Shown here: one piece after another, positions 50,347 to 59,819 of the stretch
Numbering within the stretch: the stretch's first letter is position 1
Layout of the letters: each line of letters opens with the position of its first letter
Source of the DNA: Chloroflexota bacterium
GTDB lineage: Bacteria; Chloroflexota; UBA11872; VXNJ01
Assembly: GCA_965261345.1 (NCBI GenBank)
Contig: OZ253449.1
Coordinates: forward strand, 1,024,001 to 1,088,000
Direction: 5' to 3'
DNA length: 64,000 nucleotides
Program-made: the position numbers and the translations under genes
Notes under the pieces: generated by a model
Told to the model about the DNA's origin: nothing
Database searches by the model: none
What the model saw: the letters and a program-made list of their open reading frames with translations, nothing else

Positions 50347-51248
50347 CCACCGCCACGACTTCGACCAGCGAAGTCAGCCGCCGCCACGACTTCGTCCTGT
50401 TGTTCGATGTGCGCGACGGCAATCCCAACGGCGACCCCGACGCCGGCAACCTGCCACGTGTCGATCCCGAGACGATGCAGGGCCTCGTGACGGACGTTGC
50501 GATCAAGCGCAAGGTGCGCGACTATGTTGACATGGCCCACGGCGACGAGAGTGACGGGCGCTTTAAGGTGTACGTGCAGCACGGCCAGTTCCTCGGGAAG
50601 CGGCGGGAGAGGGTCTTCAACCGTCGCGCGAGTGGCGAGGGGACGCCGGATCCGAGTGACGCCCAGACGTGGATGTGCGCTGAGTTTTATGACGTACGCA
50701 TGTTCGGTGCCGTGATGTCCATGAGGGAGCACAACGCCGGGCAGGTGCGAGGCCCGATGCAGCTGACATTCGCGCGGTCGATCGACCCCATTGTGCCCCT
50801 CGACTTCAGCATCGTCGGCCCGGCCCAGAACCGGCAGGACGTGAATCGCGAGGATGCCGACGGGCAGGCTACCAACTACGGGACGATGGGCCGCAAGTCC
50901 ACGGTCCCCTATGGGCTGTACCGCGCGCACGGCTTCTTCAATCCTCACTTCGCCAAGAAGACGGGCGTGGACGGCGAGGACCTCGCGCTCTTCTGGAATG
51001 CCCTCGAGATGATGTGGGACGTCGACCGCTCCGCTGCGCGGGGGGAGATGGCCTGCCGGGGGCTCTACGTCTTCAGTCACGATAGCAAGCTCGGTAACGC
51101 CGCCGCGCATCGCCTGTTCGACCTCATCCGTACGCTGCCGAGCACATCGGACGCGCCGCGATCGTTCTCCGACTACACCGTCGAGCACCCGCCCGACGGA
51201 CCCATCGAGGGGGCCTCCGGTGTGACGCTCACAACGCTGGTGAGCTGA
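50343..51248 (+). CDS. cas7: Type I-C Cas7 (Csd2)
   Basis: GNPNGDPDAGNLPR.DPET, FYDVRMFGAVM and TMGRK..VPYGLY motifs. Confidence 0.95.
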   Translation: MTTATTSTSEVSRRHDFVLLFDVRDGNPNGDPDAGNLPRVDPETMQGLVTDVAIKRKVRDYVDMAHGDESDGRFKVYVQHGQFLGKRRERVFNRRASGEGTPDPSDAQTWMCAEFYDVRMFGAVMSMREHNAGQVRGPMQLTFARSIDPIVPLDFSIVGPAQNRQDVNREDADGQATNYGTMGRKSTVPYGLYRAHGFFNPHFAKKTGVDGEDLALFWNALEMMWDVDRSAARGEMACRGLYVFSHDSKLGNAAAHRLFDLIRTLPSTSDAPRSFSDYTVEHPPDGPIEGASGVTLTTLVS

Positions 51249-51265
51249 GCCGCGGGGCCGCCGCC

Positions 51266-51928
51266 GTGCAAGGAGCCGTCACGCCATGGGACGAGAATGA
51301 GTTGTTCGACGTACCGATCTCGGCCATCGAGCACTTCTCCTACTGCCCGCGGCAGTGCGCCCTCATCCACGTCGAGCAGACCTTCGAGGAGAACGCCTAC
51401 ACCATTCGCGGACGCATCTCCCATGAGCGCGTCGATAGCGGCGAGACCGAGAACCGGCCCGGCATTCGCGTGCTGCGCGGCCTTCCGCTCTGGTCGGAGC
51501 GTCTCGGCCTCCGTGGCAAGGCGGACGTTGTCGAACTGCGGGCGGGCGAGCCTCCCTTCCCGGTCGAGTACAAGGTAGGCCGCAGGCGCCCTCCGCACGC
51601 CGACCTGCAACTCTGCGCACAAGCCCTGTGTCTCGAGGAGATGCTCGGGACTGACGTGCCCGAAGGCGCAATCTACTCCCACGCCGAACGGCGGCGCTAT
51701 CGGATCCCGCTCCACGGTGCATTGCGGCAGCAAACGGTCAGGCTGGTAGGGGAAATCCGGGAGCAACTGCGCCGGCAAGTATTGCCACCGGCGGTCGACG
51801 ATGCCCGCTGTCCGCCATGTTCTCTCGTCAACGCGTGTCTACCCCAAGTAGCTGCGCAGCCGCATCGCTTACGCGGCATGCAGGGCGCGCTCTTCCGACC
51901 GCTGGAGCCAGTAAGCGAAGATGCATGA
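51266..51928 (+). CDS. cas4: Cas4
   Basis: YCPRQ, G.ADVVE, PVEYK, QLCAQALCLEEM and C-terminal CxxCxxxxxC motifs. Confidence 0.93.
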   Translation: MQGAVTPWDENELFDVPISAIEHFSYCPRQCALIHVEQTFEENAYTIRGRISHERVDSGETENRPGIRVLRGLPLWSERLGLRGKADVVELRAGEPPFPVEYKVGRRRPPHADLQLCAQALCLEEMLGTDVPEGAIYSHAERRRYRIPLHGALRQQTVRLVGEIREQLRRQVLPPAVDDARCPPCSLVNACLPQVAAQPHRLRGMQGALFRPLEPVSEDA

Positions 51929-52952
51929 ATTGCTCAATACGCTCTACGTCACGACGCAGGGAGCGATGCTTCGCCTCGATCACGACACCGTGCGCGTCAT
52001 CATCGAAGATGAGACCCGCGCCCGACTGCCCCTCGTGCGATTGCAGGCGATCGTAGTCTTCGGCCGCGTCACGATTACAACGCCGCTGATTCACCGCTGC
52101 GCCGAAGATGGGCGCGGCGTTGTGTGGCTCACTAGGCATGGTCGATTCCGCGCCCGCCTCACCGGCCGTACGCTCGGCAACGTCATGCTCCGCAGAGCGC
52201 AGCATGAGGCACTCGGCGACCCTGATCGGACGCTGGCCCTCGCGAGACAGTACGTCGCGGGCAAGGTGCAGAACGCGCGTACCCTCGCCCTCCGCTCAGC
52301 TCGCGACAGCGCGGGAGCGGACGACGAAGCCGAGCTTCGCGCAGTCGCGGACAACCTCGCCTCGCTCCTCGGTGACATTCGCGATGCGCCCGATCTCGAT
52401 GTGTTGCGAGGGATCGAGGGCTTCGCGGCGCGAGCCTATTTTGGGGTATTTGGGAGGATGGTCCGCGCGGACCGGGCTGCGTTCACGCCGGACGGCCGTA
52501 CTCGGCGCCCCCCGCGTGACCGCGCGAACGCGCTGTTGTCGTTCTGCTACGCACTGCTCCGCGGCGAGTGCGAAGCGGCGCTCGAAGGCGTCGGCCTCGA
52601 TCCGCAAGTTGGCTACCTCCACGCGCTCCGCCCAGGGCGGCCCGCCCTGGCGCTCGACCTGATGGAGGAGCTCCGGCCCGCTATCGCGGACCGGCTCGTG
52701 TTGCGCATGATCAACCGCCGTCAGATCCGCGTCGACCACTTCGAGGAGATGCCCGGGGGTGCCGTCAGCCTTAACGAACAGGGGCTTCGCACGATCCTGG
52801 CCGAGTACTCGCGTCGCAAGGAGAGCGCCGTGCAGCACCGTCTCCTCAAGGAGCGCATCCCCGTGGGTCTCATACCCCACGTGCAGGCGCGACTCTTGGC
52901 CCGCCACCTACGGGGGGATTTGCGGCACTATCTCCCATACCGGGCACGTTGA
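51921..52952 (+). CDS. cas1: Cas1 (I-C)
   Basis: LNTLYVTTQG, LRGIEG, R.RRPPRD..NALLSF and LALDLMEE motifs. Confidence 0.95.
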   Translation: MHELLNTLYVTTQGAMLRLDHDTVRVIIEDETRARLPLVRLQAIVVFGRVTITTPLIHRCAEDGRGVVWLTRHGRFRARLTGRTLGNVMLRRAQHEALGDPDRTLALARQYVAGKVQNARTLALRSARDSAGADDEAELRAVADNLASLLGDIRDAPDLDVLRGIEGFAARAYFGVFGRMVRADRAAFTPDGRTRRPPRDRANALLSFCYALLRGECEAALEGVGLDPQVGYLHALRPGRPALALDLMEELRPAIADRLVLRMINRRQIRVDHFEEMPGGAVSLNEQGLRTILAEYSRRKESAVQHRLLKERIPVGLIPHVQARLLARHLRGDLRHYLPYRAR

Positions 52953-52974
52953 GGCGAGGCCAGAGGAGTGGACG

Positions 52975-53268
52975 ATGATGGAAATCCTCGTTGCGTACGA
53001 CGTGGCCACCAATGACACTGCGGGCCGGAGACGGCTGCGCCGTGTGGCGCAGGCTTGCGAGGCGTACGGCCAGCGCGTTCAGAATTCGGTGTTCGAGTGC
53101 GTGTTGAGCGACGCCGACATGGAGATGCTCGTCGCCAGGCTGCGCGCGGAGATGGATGAGACTGATGACAGCATCCGCATCTACCGCCTCCGGGAGCCGC
53201 TGTCCCGGCACCTTCTGACGTTCGGTGCGCGGCCTCCGTTCGACCAGCGAGGCACGCTGGTCTTTTGA
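52975..53268 (+). CDS. cas2: Cas2
   Basis: LVAYDV, RRLRRVA..C..YGQRVQNSVFEC and DSIRIY motifs. Confidence 0.93.
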   Translation: MMEILVAYDVATNDTAGRRRLRRVAQACEAYGQRVQNSVFECVLSDADMEMLVARLRAEMDETDDSIRIYRLREPLSRHLLTFGARPPFDQRGTLVF

Positions 53269-53448
53269 GTCACGCAACCGCGCGAACCTCCGGCAATCAC
53301 TATCAGGCCGGGTGCCCGCACACTTTTTTGCCCTTAAAGAAGGCAATTCGGCGGGAAGCAAGGGTGTTGAACGCCTCGCGAGGAATTAAAACCGACCGTG
53401 AGTTGACAATAATCGAGCATACGAGCCCCGCAACAGGGGTTTCGAAGC
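53269..53448 (+). promoter_or_regulatory. CRISPR leader
   Basis: AT-richer non-coding segment between cas2 and the first repeat; starts with GCGAACC; TTGACA at 53403. Confidence 0.7.
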
Positions 53449-56400
53449 GTAGCGCCCGGCTTTCGGGCCGGGCGGGGATTGAAACGCGTTGCCAGCGGCG
53501 GTCAGGGAGTAGATGCCCCTGTAGCGCCCGGCTTTCGGGCCGGGCGGGGATTGAAACGTGTACATATATGTTGGTAGACGCAAGCGTTACGATCGTAGCG
53601 CCCGGCTTTCGGGCCGGGCGGGGATTGAAACATGCCCGGCCTGCTCGTCCACGCCCCGGACGGCGAGGGTAGCGCCCGGCTTTCGGGCCGGGCGGGGATT
53701 GAAACAAGTTGGACGACGGCGGCGCGTCCACTGGCTCCAACAGGCGCGACCTACCGGGTAGCGCCCGGCTTTCGGGCCGGGCGGGGATTGAAACTACAAC
53801 TCGGCGACGCGGAAATTTCGACACCGTAGCGCCCGGCTTTCGGGCCGGGCGGGGATTGAAACTCCTCCACTGGCTTTCCCGTCAGCCAATGATCAAACCG
53901 GGTAGCGCCCGGCTTTCGGGCCGGGCGGGGATTGAAACGATAAGTAGCCCGTGGGCGTCCTGATCGAGGCGATCAGCGTAGCGCCCGGCTTTCGGGCCGG
54001 GCGGGGATTGAAACAAGTGCGCAAGCTCGAGGGTCGCCGGGGCGGACTGCGCCAGGTAGCGCCCGGCTTTCGGGCCGGGCGGGGATTGAAACACCGTCAA
54101 CGACGCTGATCGGTCATCGGACAGTCCCTAGCCCGTAGCGCCCGGCTTTCGGGCCGGGCGGGGATTGAAACGGGAGTGGCTAGTAGCGCCCCTTTCGCGA
54201 CCGACGCCGGATCATCCCCGGCCGAGTGGCTAGTAGCGCCCGGCTTTCGGGCCGGGCGGGGATTGAAACGGTATTGGCCTGACCGAGCCCGCCGATATCA
54301 TCGTTGACACCAGTAGCGCCCGGCTTTCGGGCCGGGCGGGGATTGAAACTCCTTACAGGATGTAGCGCCTTTCCGCCGGCAAGCTCGCGACTCACCGTAG
54401 CGCCCGGCTTTCGGGCCGGGCGGGGATTGAAACAACGTGCCGGCCTTATACCGCGAACGCGATGCTCGTGAAGTAGCGCCCGGCTTTCGGGCCGGGCGGG
54501 GATTGAAACCTTACTGGCCGCGCCGGCGCGACAGTTACGTCCCGTGTAGCGCCCGGCTTTCGGGCCGGGCGGGGATTGAAACGCTCGTTCTGGCTATGCT
54601 CGGGATCTGCCGGATCAAAAATTGGTAGCGCCCGGCTTTCGGGCCGGGCGGGGATTGAAACGATTTCAACAGGTGTTCGGCCTCTCGAGCGCTACAACGG
54701 CGTAGCGCCCGGCTTTCGGGCCGGGCGGGGATTGAAACCGTTGATTGGATGCGGCGAATCGCCGGCATCGACTCAACGGGTAGCGCCCGGCTTTCGGGCC
54801 GGGCGGGGATTGAAACTCTTACCGCCTCTTGCCGCGCCAGCTGACGCGTTGCCTGACCGTAGCGCCCGGCTTTCGGGCCGGGCGGGGATTGAAACTTCGT
54901 ATGCAGGACAACAGCGGGGATTGAAATTCCAGCGATTGCCCATGTAGCGCCCGGCTTTCGGGCCGGGCGGGGATTGAAACAAGTGGCTACTTTCGGGACC
55001 CTGGCGCTGGCCGGGGTCAGGTAGCGCCCGGCTTTCGGGCCGGGCGGGGATTGAAACATATACATCCGTAGCAACGCTTTGCCCATTGAAACAAGATTTG
55101 GCATCGTAGCGCCCGGCTTTCGGGCCGGGCGGGGATTGAAACTGAACATCCTTTCGGCCGGCGATCTGATAGCGCTGAGCACGTAGCGCCCGGCTTTCGG
55201 GCCGGGCGGGGATTGAAACATTGCTCCAGCGACTCCGCGACCGGGCGGGGATTGAATCGCGAGCGTGAATGACGTAGCGCCCGGCTTTCGGGCCGGGCGG
55301 GGATTGAAACCATCCTGATCGGCCACGCGCGGGTTCGGGCGTGGACGCAACGATTTCCAAGTAGCGCCCGGCTTTCGGGCCGGGCGGGGATTGAAACGGT
55401 GTGCCCATGACCGTCGATCAAGTTGCGACAACCACTGTAGCGCCCGGCTTTCGGGCCGGGCGGGGATTGAAACGTGAGCATGATCGCTGACCGAGCGGTC
55501 CTGCGCCTGCTGGTAGCGCCCGGCTTTCGGGCCGGGCGGGGATTGAAACGGTAAGTGCCCGGCGTCGATCAAGTTGCGCAACCACTGTAGCGCCCGGCTT
55601 TCGGGCCGGGCGGGGATTGAAACGTGAGCATGATGCTGACTGAGCGATTCCTGCGCCTGCTGGTAGCGCCCGGCTTTCGGGCCGGGCGGGGATTGAAACC
55701 TAAGGTACCCGTTCATCCCGGCTCCCTCTGGTAGCGCCCGGCTTTCGGGCCGGGCGGGGATTGAAACTTGCGATAAAGCTAATAGCGAGCGCGCGCAAGC
55801 CGAGTAGCGCCCGGCTTTCGGGCCGGGCGGGGATTGAAACATATCGGTAAGCTTTAGCTTGTAAATAAGCAGTGCGTAGTAGCGCCCGGCTTTCGGGCCG
55901 GGCGGGGATTGAAACTCTACGAACCAAAAGCGAGCGTGGTAGCGCCCGGCTTTCGGGCCGGGCAAAGCGACTCGCCCACCAAAAGACGCGTAGCGCCCGG
56001 CTTTCGGGCCGGGCGGGGATTGAAACTGGATCAACGGCACCGCTCTCTCTATCCACAACGGCGTAGCGCCCGGCTTTCGGGCCGGGCGGGGGTTGAAACA
56101 TCCAAAATCAAACCTGTATCGCAGCTTCGTTCGTGTAGCGCCCGGCTTTCGGGCCGGGCGGGGATTGAAACGTTGAAGGGGTCGCAGACTAAGCCATTGG
56201 TCAAGCGGTAGCGCCCGGCTTTCGGGCCGGGCGGGGATTGAAACCAGCTTCTCGCTGAGCAGGCGCTCCAGCACGTCTGGTAGCGCCCGGCTTTCGGGCC
56301 GGGCGGGGATTGAAACTTGTCCGACTCCACGTTCTCGCGCACCAGATCAGCCAGTAGCGCCCGCCTTTCGGGCCGGGCGGGGATTGAAACGGGGAGTTCC

Positions 56401-56534
56401 GGCCCGCCATGCTGGTCCCGTTCAAGTAGCGCCCGCCTTTCGGGCCGGGCGGGGATTGAAACCAGATCACTGCGGCGTGGCGGCCGAATACTTTCAAGTA
56501 GCGCCCGGCTTTCGGGCCGGGCGGGGATTGAAAC
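53449..56534 (+). CRISPR. CRISPR array: 41 repeats (one truncated) of GTAGCGCCCGGCTTTCGGGCCGGGCGGGGATTGAAAC (37 nt)
   Basis: Repeats counted by eye; internal GCCCGGC/GCCGGGC palindrome and ATTGAAAC end; spacers 23-61 nt. Confidence 0.97.
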
Positions 56535-56722
56535 ACGATCGCTGCCTTGGCGACTTCGCCTGATCTACAGGATCCCGGTGCCGCTGGCACCGGGATCCTG
56601 AAAGTGCTAATGCGCGATCATCCCGACAGCATCGGTCCAAAGCAGCTGCGCACGCTACAACAAAGGCTCAGGCAATGGCGCTCGGTGATGGCTAAAGAGC
56701 TCGTTTACGGGGTCGTAAACAG

Positions 56723-58473
56723 GACGTGTCCCACGGTGTGGTGTAACTAAGCCGTCCTCTACGTTTAGGGGTTCGGCAGCTGCAACTCTGTAGAGTTGCA
56801 GCTGCCGGCAGGGCCGGCAGATGGTTGCTGGGGCTTGCTGGGGGAGTTTCGAGTCCTTGGCTGTGACGGCGACTGCCGGTAAGGCGTCCATCATTTTGCC
56901 AGTTGCGACCATGGCGCGGTCGTGGTCATATGGGCTTCCATGGGTCCGAAGGCCGGCCCCGGCCCGTAACGGCTCGCATTCGGGCTCACCGGGCCGGGTT
57001 TGTTGGGAAAGTCGGCCCAATTCGACGCTAGTGATCCTTATTTAGGCCCAGCTAGCGCCAAGCCGGGCGCACGACCTTCCATTTCCCTGGAGGGCGCTAC
57101 GGCCCCCGGCGGCGGTTGCTACCCCGCCGGCAATGCCAGCGGGGACTGCCTCTCTCCCGGAGATGGGGGTTGGCCGATTAAGGCCATCGAGTGCCTGGAC
57201 ATATAGCGGCGCTCGGATGCGAGCCATTCGTCGTTCTGCTCAATTAGGACCGCTCCGATAAGGCGCAGGACCGAGTCATCGTCGGGGAAGAGCTGCACTA
57301 CCCGGGTGCGGCGCTTTAGCTCGCCCATAACGCGCTCCAGGGGATTGGTGGACCAGATCTTGCGCCAGTGCGAAGGCGGGAAGGCGGTGTAGGCAGTCAG
57401 GGCGATCTCGGAGTCCTCGAGGATCGTGGACAGTTCCGGATACTTGCGCTCTAAGCGATCGGCGAAATCTCCGAAGGCGTCCATGGTGCTCTGCTTGTCA
57501 GCCTGCCCAAACACCGACGCCAGTCCGGCTGCCACCAGCCCGCGGTCGCCGCTTCTGACCCTTGGCAGAAGATTGCGCCCAAAGTGTGTCCTGCACGTCT
57601 GCCAGGCGGCCTCGGGAATAAGCTTTGTCACCGCGTTGCCGATGGCTTGGTTCCCATCGGAGATCACCAGCCGCACGCCGGATAGACCGCGCGTTACCAG
57701 GGAGGCGATCAAGTCCTCCCCGAAGCCCTGCGCTTCGCTGTGGCCGATTGCAAGCCCCAGCAGCTCGCGATGGCCGTTCTCGTTTATGGCCATTGCTATG
57801 CCCACCGCCCGCGACCTTACCGCATGCGCGTTTCGGGCTTTTACGTAGGTGGCGTCGAGATAGAGGTACGGGAAGGTCGTATGCGCGAGATCGCGTTCGC
57901 GGAAGGCATTGACCATCTCGTCGATGCCTTTGCAGATCCTTGACACCTCGGACCTGGAGATCCCGGCGTTTACTCCCATCGCCTCCACCAGCTTGTCGAC
58001 CTTGCGGGTGGAGACGCCCTTGCTGTAGGCGGTCATGATGACGCCGTAGAGGGCCTGGTCGATGCGGCGCCGCCGCTCCAAGAACTCGGGGTAGTAGCTG
58101 CCTTGGCGCAGCTTGGGCAGGGCAATCTCGATGTCGCCCGCCCGGGTGGAGAGGGTGCGCTTGCGCGAGCCATCAAAGCCGATTGCGACGCTCGCCGTTG
58201 CGCTCGTGCGGTTGGGCGCCGATGTTTTCGGCCAGGCCGGCGTCAATAAGTTCCTGGTAGGCGTGCCGTACGGCGCTGCGGACGAATTCGCTGCTGTCAA
58301 ACCCTTGCTTGGCGATAAGGGCAAGCAAGGTCTGATAATCAAGTTGGGCCATCGATGGTTCCTCGACGAAGTAAGTGAATTGACTCCGTAGAGGTTTACA
58401 CGATGGCCCTTTGTCATCGCGTTGGCTTAGTTGATCAAGCGGGTGCTCTTACACCACTCCAGGGGACGTGATC
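56723..58473 (-). mobile_element. IS256-family IS
   Basis: IRs GACGTGTCCCACGGTGTGGTGTAA / rc GATCACGTCCCCTGGAGTGGTGTAA; 9-bp TSD CGTAAACAG at 56714-56722 and 58474-58482. Confidence 0.88.
57119..58352 (-). pseudogene. IS256 transposase with frameshift near 58180
   Basis: True N-terminus MAQLDYQ...YQELIDA...IGAQPHER is in a different frame from RTLSTRAG.I...PKLR.GS, YLYLDAT.VK, ISDG and STNPLER. Confidence 0.82.
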
Positions 58474-58920
58474 CGTAAACAGCCGCGATGGTGCGGTCGA
58501 CGATGCCGAAATCGTACGTGTAAACGCACCAATTGGGGCCGAATAAATGCGCAGAAACTTCGGTCACATATTTAGATGAGGCAACGGAAACCGGACAAAG
58601 TAACTGTCGCGGATCAGGGGGTTGTGCCGGGCGGCTCGGATCGGCATCTTCACGCCGAAGTACGTTAGCTACGGTCGCAAACCGGGATAGTGAGTATGAG
58701 AGCGGATGGCCGACGCCCACCCGGAAATTTTCTCGGAAAACATCCTCCGCCGGACAAAGTCCGCCTGGCCTAAACGGCGGCTACTCAGTGATTGAGGCGA
58801 CTTGGACTGCCAATGCGGCCGTCGGTGGAGGGCGGGCTGCCCATGGGTCTTTCAGGGAACCTGAACGTGTCCACGCGAACTTACTTCCCAGCGGAAGATT
58901 CGCGATTAAGTCCCTCAGGG

Positions 58921-58992
58921 TCCCCCCAGCAGGACTCGAACCTGCGCGCATGGTTTAGGAAACCACTGCTCTTTCCTCTGAGCTATGGGGGG
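58921..58992 (-). tRNA. tRNA-Arg(CCT)
   Basis: Acceptor stem CCCCCCA/TGGGGGG, D-arm TAGCTCAG, anticodon arm GTGGT-TTCCTAA-ACCAT and T-loop GGTTCGAGTCC; CCA not encoded. Confidence 0.95.
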
Positions 58993-59028
58993 CATGCTCG
59001 CAAAGGCATTTGGCAACTACCAAACAGG

Positions 59029-59772
59029 CTAGGACATCATGTTGCGGGGGATGGTTAGGGTGTCAAATTTAGCCAGGGCCGCATCGATGTGGGCTTGGCC
59101 GTAGCGGAGCGAGATTCCGTGGTGCCCAGGAAAAAGCCCGGTCAGGCCAAAATCGCGAAACTGGCCAATGCTTTGGCCCAATTGCCACGGCGAGGTTTCG
59201 GGGGCCCAATTGAGCACCACGTCGCCGTTGCTAAAAACCAGATCGCCGGAAAACAAAAAAGTGGTCGGGCCGTCGCGGAGCAGGTAGGCATTGTGGGGAT
59301 TGGCGTGGCCCGAAGTAGCAAAAACCTCCAACCGCAGTGACCCGACCGCAATTTCGTCGCCGGCGTCTACCTCACGCTCGACCGGGAAGGTCTGGAATCG
59401 GTAGTCCGGTGGATAGCGTCCGGCCGCGCGGGCGCGCGTCAGATTTATCGCGTCCTCGTCACCTTCTTCAAGCCAGCGGCGGGTTCCGGTAGGGACGATC
59501 GCCTTCAGGCCGAGATTGTCAACGAGCCAGGCTGCACCGCCCGAATGATCGCCGTGGCAGTGGGTAAGGATCAATTGGTCGATTGAGCCCGGATCGATCC
59601 CGTCGCCGGCGATGTTTTTCACGATCAGGTCGGGGTCAACTCCCCCGCCGGCATCAATTAGCGCTCCCCGGACCCCGTCATGGACTAGGTAGATGTGGCA
59701 ATCTCCACGATTGGAGATTCCCATTCCCATTTGCCCACCGCCGACCAGGTATACGTTTTCACGCAGCTTCAA
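59029..59772 (-). CDS. MBL-fold metallo-hydrolase
   Basis: LTHCHGDHSGG, GH, FSGD and PGH motifs. Confidence 0.9.
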   Translation of the reverse strand: MKLRENVYLVGGGQMGMGISNRGDCHIYLVHDGVRGALIDAGGGVDPDLIVKNIAGDGIDPGSIDQLILTHCHGDHSGGAAWLVDNLGLKAIVPTGTRRWLEEGDEDAINLTRARAAGRYPPDYRFQTFPVEREVDAGDEIAVGSLRLEVFATSGHANPHNAYLLRDGPTTFLFSGDLVFSNGDVVLNWAPETSPWQLGQSIGQFRDFGLTGLFPGHHGISLRYGQAHIDAALAKFDTLTIPRNMMS

Positions 59773-59819
59773 TGCAAATTCCTTTTGATGCTGGAGCGCA
59801 GATTCAGCCGCGCTCGCGC

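Larger units (their letters stand above)
56590..58616 (+). mobile_element. 3' remnant of a second ISNCY-type element plus IS21 end, interrupted by IS256
   Basis: ILKVLMRDHPD..GPKQLRTLQ.RL.QWRSVMAKELVYGVVN matches the C-terminus of the transposase ending at 13056. It resumes after 58482 and ends TGAGGCAACG-GAAACCGGACAAAGTAACTGTCGCGGATCA. Confidence 0.85.

Noticed and set aside
54510-54545. Spacer contains CGCGACAGTTAC, matching the IS21 end
   Set aside because: Only 12 nt match and the flanks disagree; insufficient for self- or IS-targeting.
54535-56274. 579-aa minus-strand ORF (and others) over the CRISPR array
   Set aside because: The reverse complement of the repeat has no stop codon in any frame; the translation is just repeat-derived peptide.
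45619-58616. CRISPR-associated transposon hypothesis
   Set aside because: Cas3 and the adaptation genes are intact, and there is no tnsABC/tniQ. Neighbouring transposases are broken ordinary IS, and no partner IS21 end was found upstream of cas3.
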